Notes under the pieces: generated by a model
The model's database searches: none
Told to the model about the DNA's origin: nothing
The model's input: the letters and a program-made list of their open reading frames with translations, nothing else
Shown: piece after piece, positions 57,570 to 64,000 of the stretch
Layout: each line of letters opens with the position of its first letter
How positions within the stretch are numbered: the stretch's first letter is position 1
Translations under genes and position numbers: made by a program
Assembly (NCBI GenBank): GCA_038316355.1
Contig: JBBQAO010000009.1
Coordinates: 9,336 to 73,335, forward strand
DNA from: Burkholderiales bacterium
GTDB lineage: Bacteria; Pseudomonadota; Gammaproteobacteria; Burkholderiales; SG8-41
Reading direction: 5' to 3'
Length of the DNA: 64,000 nucleotides

Positions 57570-58982
57570 ATGGCTAAATTCCGCACCGAACACGACACGA
57601 TGGGCGCCATCGAAGTGCCCGACAACATGCTGTGGGGCGCGCAGACCCAGCGCAGTCTGCATCACTTCCATTTCCCCGGCGAGACCATGCCGCTGCCGGT
57701 GGTGCATGCGCAGGTGATGGTGAAAAAAGCCGCGGCGCTGACCAACATGGCGCTGGGCGCGCTCGACAAAAAGAAAGGCAAGGCCATCGTCAAGGCTGCT
57801 GACGAAGCGCTGACCGGACAATGGGATGCACATTTCCCGCTGGTGGTGTGGCAGACCGGCTCCGGCACCCAGACCAACATGAACGTCAATGAAGTGCTGG
57901 CGAATCGCGCGTCGGAAATCCTTGGCGGCAAACGCGGCGCAGCGCGCCTGGTGCATGAGAACGACGACGTCAACAAGGGGCAGTCTTCGAACGACACCTT
58001 CCCCACGGCGATGCATGTTGCAGCAGTGATCGCGCTGGAAAAACAGTTGAAGCCCGCGGTAAAAAAACTGCGCAACACGCTGGACAAAAAATCCCGCGCC
58101 TTCATGAACATCGTCAAGATCGGTCGCACCCATCTGCAGGATGCGACGCCACTGACGCTGGGCCAGGAATTTTCGGGTTATGTGTCGCAGCTCGACCACA
58201 GCCTGAAACACGTCGAGGCGTCACTGCCGCATCTGTGTGAGCTCGCGCTCGGCGGCACTGCCGTCGGCACCGGCCTCAACGCCCATCCGAAATTCGCCAA
58301 GGATGTCGCGGCGCAGCTGAAGAAGATGACGGGTCTTCCTTTCATCACCGCACCCAATAAATTCGAAGCACTGGGCTCCTGCGACGGCGTGGTTGCCGCT
58401 CACGGCGCAATAAAAACGCTGGCGGCATCGCTGATGAAAATCGCCAACGACATTCGCTGGCTGTCCAGCGGCCCGCGCTGCGGCATCGGCGAACTGAGCA
58501 TCCCGGAAAACGAACCGGGCTCGTCGATCATGCCGGGCAAGGTCAATCCAACGCAGTCGGAATCGATGACCATGGCCTGCTGCCAGGTCTTCGGCAACGA
58601 CGTCGCGATCAATGTCGGTGGTTCAATGGGCAACTTCGAGCTCAACGTGTTCCGGCCGATGGTGATCCGCAATTTCATGCACAGCGTGAATCTGCTGGCG
58701 CATGCCTGCGAGAACTTCGACGAACACTGCGCGGTCGGCATAGAGCCCAATCTCGAACGCATCACCCAGCTCACCAATGATTCTCTGATGCTGGTGACCG
58801 CGCTCAACCCGCACATCGGTTATGCCAAGGCCGCGGCGATTGCCAAAAATGCCCACAAGAAGGGCTTGACGCTGAAGGCCTCGGCGATTGCGCTGGGGCA
58901 TCTGACTTCAGCGCAGTTCGATCAGTGGGTCAAGCCGGAGAGCATGGTCGGCATCAAGATCAAGGCGCCGAAAAAGAAATAG
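57570..58982 (+). CDS. fumC: class II fumarate hydratase
   Basis: 470 aa with [17 protein letters not shown] and the signature [13 protein letters not shown]. Confidence 0.97.
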   Translation: MAKFRTEHDTMGAIEVPDNMLWGAQTQRSLHHFHFPGETMPLPVVHAQVMVKKAAALTNMALGALDKKKGKAIVKAADEALTGQWDAHFPLVVWQTGSGTQTNMNVNEVLANRASEILGGKRGAARLVHENDDVNKGQSSNDTFPTAMHVAAVIALEKQLKPAVKKLRNTLDKKSRAFMNIVKIGRTHLQDATPLTLGQEFSGYVSQLDHSLKHVEASLPHLCELALGGTAVGTGLNAHPKFAKDVAAQLKKMTGLPFITAPNKFEALGSCDGVVAAHGAIKTLAASLMKIANDIRWLSSGPRCGIGELSIPENEPGSSIMPGKVNPTQSESMTMACCQVFGNDVAINVGGSMGNFELNVFRPMVIRNFMHSVNLLAHACENFDEHCAVGIEPNLERITQLTNDSLMLVTALNPHIGYAKAAAIAKNAHKKGLTLKASAIALGHLTSAQFDQWVKPESMVGIKIKAPKKK

Positions 58983-59007
58983 GTTTCAGCGCTGGCTGTC
59001 AACCAGA

Positions 59008-59042
59008 ACGCCTGCCGGCGGGAGTCGGTGGGCGTTTTTTTT
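59008..59042 (+). terminator. rho-independent terminator after fumC
   Basis: ACGCC..CCG-gcgggagt-CGG..GGCGT composite stem followed by TTTTTTTT. Confidence 0.75.
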
Positions 59043-59077
59043 GGGGATTGACGTCTTGTGGAGTGACGCTCATTTGG

Positions 59078-59114
59078 TCCCGTAATACGCTGCGCTCCTT
59101 ACGGGCTACGCTTG
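59078..59114 (+). repeat. REP element copy 1
   Basis: TCCCGTAATACGCTGCGCTCCTTACGGGCTACGCTTG, containing an internal hairpin CCCGTAA...TTACGGG. Confidence 0.85.
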
Positions 59115-59804
59115 CTGCGCTTTACGTCCGATAATGTTGAATATTTGCTCGGCTGCTGTAGTGCGTTCTCGCTGGACGGAGGATGTGGCAACTTGCGCTC
59201 GGTTCCAGACAATTAGATTTGGAAATGATTTGCCTCCAAGTTCAATAATCCTTGCGGCCCTTTTCCCCATTGCGATGATTACGCGCGGTTGAATCTCTTC
59301 AATTAGCGGATAGACGTAGTTCTTTGCAGCTTTTTTCCCAGCGGTGTCATCAAAATTTGATTCGCTGGCCGTTCGCCAAGGTAGCGCGTTTGAGTATGCA
59401 ATATCTTCAAACGAAAGCTTGCCTGCACCAATGACTTCAGAGCAATGGCGTCGCCAAATCGGCCACGATTGACACACCGACTTATATGCTTTTTGCGCTT
59501 GGATGAACGACGTTATTGAAACATCAGCAGCAAAGCGATGTAGGGCAGGCATCATAGTGTTGTCTTGTCGACTGCGCACGAGATCATTTCCGTTTCCTGG
59601 ATTAATTCCGAGGAGCAATACCCTGCTTTGGTCGAACTGAGTGCCTACATAACCAAACTGTGGAATGAGGTCGTCGCTTGCTACGAGGGCTGATCGATTA
59701 TGTGGTAAATCGGAAGTTACAGAACCGAGAAATTCGGCTCTGCCGAAAGCAATCGCGTCCTTTGCTGATTTGTAACCAAGCGGTAGGTCATATTTGGATG
59801 TCAT
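59106..59804 (-). CDS. orphan protein with UDG-superfamily-like motif pattern (function unproven)
   Basis: 232 aa from ATG 59804. LLLGINPGNG resembles the MUG/TDG GINPG motif. IAYSNALPWRT and PRVIIAMGKRAA parallel the N-x-V-K-C-R-P and P-K-V-I-V-x-L-G-x-x-A blocks of family 4 UDGs. The ORF is AT-richer than its neighbours, and its stop codon lies inside REP1. Confidence 0.5.
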   Translation of the reverse strand: MTSKYDLPLGYKSAKDAIAFGRAEFLGSVTSDLPHNRSALVASDDLIPQFGYVGTQFDQSRVLLLGINPGNGNDLVRSRQDNTMMPALHRFAADVSITSFIQAQKAYKSVCQSWPIWRRHCSEVIGAGKLSFEDIAYSNALPWRTASESNFDDTAGKKAAKNYVYPLIEEIQPRVIIAMGKRAARIIELGGKSFPNLIVWNRAQVATSSVQRERTTAAEQIFNIIGRKAQQA

Positions 59805-59806
59805 GC

Positions 59807-59843
59807 CAAGCGTAGCCCGTAAGGAGCGAAGCGTATTACGGGA
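59807..59843 (-). repeat. REP element copy 2 (inverted)
   Basis: The reverse complement is TCCCGTAATACGCTTCGCTCCTTACGGGCTACGCTTG, which is 36/37 identical to REP1. Confidence 0.85.
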
Positions 59844-59854
59844 TAACATACGCT

Positions 59855-60385
59855 ATGGTTTCCTATCGCCGCAACCATGTCGCTGGAGGCACGTATTTCT
59901 TCATCGTGAACCTGCACGACCGCCGGCAAACGCTGCTGGTGGATTACGCCGAGGCCTTGCGCGAGATTGTTCGTGGGGTGAGGCGCGAAATTCCGTTCAA
60001 GATTGATGCGATGGTGATCCTGCCCGACCACTGGCATGCGGTGTGGACCTTGCCGGAGGTCGACGCTGCTTATGCGCGGCGCATACGCTTGATCAAATCG
60101 CGATTGACGCGAGATCTGTTGAAGGCCGGGGTCCCGCTCACAAAAGACAGGCGCGGCGATTACGATTCATGGCAAAAACGCTACTGGGAGCATACGATTC
60201 GCGATGAACGCGATTTCGAGGCGCACGTGAATTACGTGCACATCAATCCGGTCAAACACGGTTACGTGAAGCGCGCGGTGGATTGGCCTTATTCGACATT
60301 GCACCGGTATATCAAGAACGGTATCTTGCCGGCGGATTGGGCGTTTGGAGATCAAGGTGGAATGTTTGGTGAGAGGGCCCCCTGA
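59855..60385 (+). CDS. REP-associated tyrosine transposase (RAYT, IS200/IS605-like Y1 HUH family)
   Basis: 176 aa with an HUH motif in LPDHWHAVW and a catalytic Tyr region HVNYVHINPVKHGYV. It is flanked by REP2 and REP3 in opposite orientations. Confidence 0.85.
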   Translation: MVSYRRNHVAGGTYFFIVNLHDRRQTLLVDYAEALREIVRGVRREIPFKIDAMVILPDHWHAVWTLPEVDAAYARRIRLIKSRLTRDLLKAGVPLTKDRRGDYDSWQKRYWEHTIRDERDFEAHVNYVHINPVKHGYVKRAVDWPYSTLHRYIKNGILPADWAFGDQGGMFGERAP

Positions 60386-60422
60386 TCGCGTAATTCGCTG
60401 CGCTCCCTGCGGGCTACGGGTG
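60386..60422 (+). repeat. REP element copy 3 (diverged)
   Basis: TCGCGTAATTCGCTGCGCTCCCTGCGGGCTACGGGTG. It has the same orientation as REP1 and about 30/37 identical positions. Confidence 0.7.
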
Positions 60423-60515
60423 AAGTTTTGTTGCACATGGCGCTCGCGTTAAATATATAATAAAATCAATTACTTATATAGTTTATGCCAGCTTTCCGAT
60501 TCTGGCTGATCGCTG

Positions 60516-61040
60516 ATGCCCAAATTGAATCCCGACAGTCCGCTATGCGCCCTGATGGAAACCTTCCCCCGCGCGGGCAAGCTCGAATGGATCGGTCTGC
60601 GCCCGGCGCGGCGCGCACCGCTGCAATCCTTCAACCATGTCGAAGTGCTGACGGATCACGGCCTCGTCGGCGATCACAAGGCGCAACGCGCCGGCGGCAA
60701 GCGCCAGGTCACGCTGATCCAGCGCGAGCATCTTGATGTCGTGGCGAGGCTGCTCGGGCGCGATGCAGTTGATCCCGCGCTGCTGCGGCGCAATCTGGTG
60801 GTCTCCGGCATCAACCTGCTGGCGCTGCGTGATGCGCCATTTGAAATCGGCGGTGTGGTATTCGAAGGTACGGGTCTGTGCGAGCCGTGCTCACGCATGG
60901 AGGAGGTGCTGGGTGTCGGCGGTTACAACGCGATGCGCGGCCACGGAGGCATCACTGCGTGGGTTCTGGCGGGCGGGGTGATCGCGGTGGGGGATGCGGT
61001 GGTTTTTCAACCCCAGACCGATTACGGGCAAGTTCAATAG
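60516..61040 (+). CDS. MOSC domain-containing protein
   Basis: 174 aa with GLVGDHKA, RQVTLIQREHLD and CEPCSRMEE (the conserved MOSC Cys). Confidence 0.82.
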   Translation: MPKLNPDSPLCALMETFPRAGKLEWIGLRPARRAPLQSFNHVEVLTDHGLVGDHKAQRAGGKRQVTLIQREHLDVVARLLGRDAVDPALLRRNLVVSGINLLALRDAPFEIGGVVFEGTGLCEPCSRMEEVLGVGGYNAMRGHGGITAWVLAGGVIAVGDAVVFQPQTDYGQVQ

Positions 61041-61066
61041 ATTTGTAGTTACCCCTCACCCCAAGC

Positions 61067-61092
61067 CTCTCCCCGCCAGCAGGCGGGGAGAG
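61067..61092. terminator. GC-rich perfect hairpin between convergent genes (possible bidirectional terminator)
   Basis: CTCTCCCCGCC-agca-GGCGGGGAGAG, an 11-bp perfect stem. There is no clear U-tract on either side. Confidence 0.4.
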
Positions 61093-61206
61093 GGAGTTGG
61101 TCTGCGTTAAGTCGACCCGATTCAATCAGGCAGCGAAGCAGGTCATCCGAGCCGCAAGCCGCTTACGCTGTCGCCGTGAGTATTTACTGCGGCGTTCCTG
61201 AAAACC

Positions 61207-62214
61207 TCAATTCATGCCCCACAGCAGGCTGGAGCGGTCTTCGGGATTCCAGATGCGCTGGTCACGCCGTTCCTTCCTCCGGATTTCGTGCCAGCGGCGG
61301 TAGGCGACATTCTCCGGATTGGTCACCGTGTCGCTTTCGATGAATTGCGCCGCAAGCCGGTCCGGTAGTGGAAAACGTTTGCCGCTGCCCGGGTAGCCGA
61401 ACAGCGCCAGCGTATCGCCGATCAGGGCCTCCAGTGCTTCCACGTCCGGACGCGGAAGGCGCGTCTTGTACATCTCGCAATATTTGGTCGTGATCGACTC
61501 GGATGTTTTCGCGTGCAAGGGATGGCTGCTCCACTTTTCGGCGGACTTTGTCCGGTTGGGGGCGAGCATTGCGCGATCGAAATCCTCGCCCAGAAAACCG
61601 CACAGGCTCCGGATCGTCGCCTCCGGGTCCGCGCAGAGATCCTCGTAGCGGATTTCAATGAAAGAACTCCCGGGAAGCCGGCGCATCGAGTCGCGGATCG
61701 CCAGCACGTAGCGCTGCCACAGATTGGCGCCCGAGTACACCGAGTACGGCAGCAGTATTGAATCGGAAATGTCGATGGCCATGTCGCGGCCGTCGCGCAC
61801 GATGTGTATGAACCGGGCGTCGGGAAAGAGCGCGTGAATCTCGTCGATCCAGAAGGCGTTGCGGGGAGTCTTTTCGCCCCAGCGCCGTTTATGGCCTGGT
61901 TTCGCGTACGCCGTGTGCAGCGCGGCGTACAGCCCGGCGAAGGATTTTTCTTCGGCTGCGGCGACGAGCTCTGCGGCCGAGATGGTCAGGGGCCACTTCT
62001 GCACCGTAGGCGTCGCGAGGACGTCCTCGGCCAGCGCAAGAAAATTGGCATCGTTGTCGAGCGCTCCGTAACTGTAAAGGTACGGAAAGACAAGGTCGAA
62101 CAGCCAGCCCGGCGGCGGTATCGCGATGTCCGGATGCGCGTCGAGGATCAGCCGCAGCAACGTCGATCCGGAGCGGGGGGCGCTTACGACAAACAGGGGG
62201 GACGATTGATCCAT
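61207..62214 (-). CDS. sulfotransferase family protein
   Basis: 335 aa with a 5'-PSB-like motif SAPRSGSTLLRLIL and a later RDGRD region. It appears cytoplasmic. Confidence 0.78.
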   Translation of the reverse strand: MDQSSPLFVVSAPRSGSTLLRLILDAHPDIAIPPPGWLFDLVFPYLYSYGALDNDANFLALAEDVLATPTVQKWPLTISAAELVAAAEEKSFAGLYAALHTAYAKPGHKRRWGEKTPRNAFWIDEIHALFPDARFIHIVRDGRDMAIDISDSILLPYSVYSGANLWQRYVLAIRDSMRRLPGSSFIEIRYEDLCADPEATIRSLCGFLGEDFDRAMLAPNRTKSAEKWSSHPLHAKTSESITTKYCEMYKTRLPRPDVEALEALIGDTLALFGYPGSGKRFPLPDRLAAQFIESDTVTNPENVAYRRWHEIRRKERRDQRIWNPEDRSSLLWGMN

Positions 62215-62289
62215 AGGGCATGCCTCATGATGAAAGTTGGCTGAATCCGGTGCGGCATGGCGGCACGCCGTGGTCCCTGATCGAGCGTC

Positions 62290-62493
62290 TCAAGCTTCGA
62301 TGATCGCGACGATCTGTCCCTCGGTCACCGGATCACGCTCCCCGACAAGCAATTCGCCGAGCATGCCGCCGACCTCGGTGATGATCGGGATTTCCATTTT
62401 AATGGATTCGATCACGATCAGCGTGTCGCCGGGCTTTGCCTGCAGTTTCCAGACGATGCCGGTGATTTCGGACTTGATCTCAATGCGGGGCAT
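62290..62493 (-). CDS. stand-alone biotinyl/lipoyl-domain carrier protein (67 aa)
   Basis: MPRIEIKSEITGIVWKLQAKPGDTLIVIESIKMEIPIITEVGG... The attachment-type motif E-S-I-K-M replaces the usual E-A/S-M-K-M. The start is placed at ATG 62493. Confidence 0.7.
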   Translation of the reverse strand: MPRIEIKSEITGIVWKLQAKPGDTLIVIESIKMEIPIITEVGGMLGELLVGERDPVTEGQIVAIIEA

Positions 62494-62541
62494 GCGGCTG
62501 TCTTCCGTGTCGCTATTCCCTGGGAGCGGCACCGCGGCCCG

Positions 62542-63516
62542 TCAGTTCTCCTTCACACCAGCGTCACGGATGACCTTGCGCCATTTCTCGTAATCCTCCC
62601 GCAGGAACTTCTCGCTTTCTGCGGGGCTGCCGCCGATCGGTTCGGCTGCGTCCGCCGCGAGGCGCTTGCGCACGTCGGCCATGGTCAACGCCTGCTGCGC
62701 CGCGGCGTTCAGGCGGTTGACCGCCTCGGCCGGCATGCCGGCCGGCCCGAACATGCCCCACCACTGGTTCGACTCGAATCCGGGCAGGGTCTCGGCAATG
62801 CTCGGCAGGTCTGGCGCGATCGAGGCGCGTTTGGCGCTGGTCACTGCCAGCGCGCGCAGCCGCTTGCTCTGGACCTGCACCGATACCGTCGGGTAGGCCG
62901 AGAACAGCAGCGAAACATTGCCCGCCACTGTATCGATTACCGCCGGCGGGGCGCCGCGGTACGGCACGTGCACCATCTTGATGCCGGTGCGCTGGCTGAA
63001 GAGCTCGCCGGTGAGGTGGCTCAGCGTCCCGGCGCCGTTTGAGGCGTAGTTGAGCAGTCCGGGCCGCTGCCGCGCCAGCATGATGAGTTCCTGCACGTTT
63101 TTGGCTGGCACCGACGGGTGTATGACCAGCACGTTCGGCGCGGAGCTGATGATGATGATCGAGGAGAAGCTCCGCAGCGGATCGTACGGCGGCTTCTGCA
63201 TCAGGTTGGGCCCGATGACCAGCGCGCTGGAAGAAGTGACCAGCAGGTTGTAGCCGTCGGGCGCGGCTTTGGCGACGAGGTCGGAGCCGAGCGTGCCGCC
63301 GGCGCCGGTGCGGTTGTCGACGAGGAACTGCTGGCCCAGCGCGGCGCCCAATTTTTCGGCGACGGTGCGGGCCATCAGGTCGGTGCCGCCCGCGGCCGGG
63401 AACGGCACGATGATCCTCACCGGCTTCGCCGGGTAACCCTGGGCGGTGGCTGCGGCTGAACCGAAAAGAATGAATCCGGCGGCAAGCATTCTGAAACCGT
63501 TCGAGATTATTATCAT
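62542..63516 (-). CDS. Bug-family tripartite tricarboxylate transporter substrate-binding protein (TctC-like)
   Basis: Signal peptide, YPAKPVRIIVPFPAAGGTD and HVPYRGAPPAV. Confidence 0.9.
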   Translation of the reverse strand: MIIISNGFRMLAAGFILFGSAAATAQGYPAKPVRIIVPFPAAGGTDLMARTVAEKLGAALGQQFLVDNRTGAGGTLGSDLVAKAAPDGYNLLVTSSSALVIGPNLMQKPPYDPLRSFSSIIIISSAPNVLVIHPSVPAKNVQELIMLARQRPGLLNYASNGAGTLSHLTGELFSQRTGIKMVHVPYRGAPPAVIDTVAGNVSLLFSAYPTVSVQVQSKRLRALAVTSAKRASIAPDLPSIAETLPGFESNQWWGMFGPAGMPAEAVNRLNAAAQQALTMADVRKRLAADAAEPIGGSPAESEKFLREDYEKWRKVIRDAGVKEN

Positions 63517-63562
63517 TTTCTCCTCCGTTGAATTGTCTTGAAGACGTGGTGTTGGCAGACTG

Positions 63563-64000
63563 TCAGCGGCGTTGCGAAAGCTTCCTGATGAGTTTTTCGT
63601 CGACAGTGAGGCCCAGGCCCGGCGAGGTCGGCATGACGAAATAGCCGTCCTTGTCCTGCGTGACGCCGCCTTCCTTCACCGGCTGGTCCTTGATGCGCAG
63701 TTGATAGTCCATGCCGGGATCGCAGCCGACTATGCGCACTGCGGCGTGAAGGTGGCCGGTTGCGGTGTCGAGCAGGTGGCTGCCCTGGGTCCAGTCGATG
63801 CGCACGGGCAAGCCGACAGCTTCCGCGATGCGCATCATCTGCACCGACTTGTAGAAGCCACCGCATTTGCCGAGCTTGAGGCTGACCATGTCCGCGTAGC
63901 GTCCGGAGGCGATGCGGACCATCGTCGCAAGGTTCTGGATCGCTTCGTCGGCGACGATCTTGTGCGGCACGGCCTGCGTGATCGACGCGAGCCCGTTGAG
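63563..64000 (-). CDS. enolase-superfamily (mandelate racemase/muconate lactonizing enzyme-like) protein, C-terminal part, runs off the window
   Basis: ADMVSLKLGKCGGF, followed by a barrel-end pattern and GYFVMPTSPGLGLTVDEKLIRK, as in MR/MLE C-terminal domains. Confidence 0.7.
   Translation of the reverse strand, partial: LNGLASITQAVPHKIVADEAIQNLATMVRIASGRYADMVSLKLGKCGGFYKSVQMMRIAEAVGLPVRIDWTQGSHLLDTATGHLHAAVRIVGCDPGMDYQLRIKDQPVKEGGVTQDKDGYFVMPTSPGLGLTVDEKLIRKLSQRR

Larger units (their letters stand above)
59078..60422 (+). mobile_element. REP / RAYT locus: REP1(+) - AT-richer ORF(-) - REP2(-) - RAYT(+) - REP3(+)
   Basis: Three copies of a 37-nt REP-like sequence lie around an IS200/IS605-like Y1 (HUH) transposase homologue. 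See the individual features. Confidence 0.8.

Noticed and set aside
59794-60037. ORFs 59794-60006(+) and 59801-60037(-), and the N-terminal extension of the 59106-59849 ORF (MLSRNTLRSLRATLG).
   Set aside because: They read through REP2 or lie antisense to the RAYT gene. The extension is simply REP2 translated. ATG 59804 immediately after the REP is the more plausible start.

Overview
High-GC window that is mostly conserved chromosomal housekeeping DNA. By gene content and order it looks betaproteobacterial; that assignment is inference only. All protein family calls are motif and pattern recognition by eye on the supplied translations, since no searches were run.

Gene content, left to right:
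- holC' (partial), pepA, lptF-lptG.
- An RDD / DUF3106 / DUF3619 / ECF-sigma cluster.
- ilvI-ilvH-ilvC, psd, pssA, leuA.
- DUF2905, DUF2069-wrbA, an SLT transglycosylase, proS, a spermidine-synthase-like gene, rppH, a CBS protein.
- A rubrerythrin / CCG-type Fe-S protein / DUF3501 trio, then a CNP1-like gene.
- proB-obgE, rpmA-rplU, ispB, tRNA-Pro(CGG), a CMD-family gene.
- A PP0621 / histidine kinase / sigma-54 response regulator module, then ampD and nrdA-nrdB.
- DUF2442, a Lys/Ala-rich histone-H1-like protein, phnDCEE.
- ltaE, a HAD-IIB hydrolase and a conserved hypothetical gene.
- Crp/Fnr regulator, REC-PAS response regulator, hybrid kinase.
- Secreted protein, ECF sigma, anti-sigma, small Cys protein.
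- A second SLT gene, a cyclophilin-like protein, a short PhaM-like protein.
- A TauD / FAH / Pip / AtzH-like / Bug cluster, then maeB and fumC.
- A REP/RAYT locus, a MOSC gene, and sulfotransferase / mini biotinyl carrier / Bug / enolase-superfamily' (partial).

I found no CRISPR array, no rRNA, no prophage and no recognisable canonical defence system.

Observations I consider most worth follow-up:
1. A REP-associated tyrosine transposase (RAYT) locus. A 37-nt REP pair, 36/37 identical in inverted orientation, exactly brackets an AT-richer orphan ORF with a UDG-fold-like motif pattern.
2. A promoter plus tandem NrdR-box module upstream of nrdA that recurs upstream of a lytic transglycosylase gene, with the same -35 and -10 hexamers and the same spacings.
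3. Two partial gene-end duplications. One is a 5' end that creates an overlapping 44-codon upstream ORF. The other is a 3' end of the tauD-like gene.
4. Two 4-unit tandem repeat arrays (15 bp and 14 bp) in regulatory spacers.
5. An ECF sigma gene whose conserved N-terminus has no canonical start codon.
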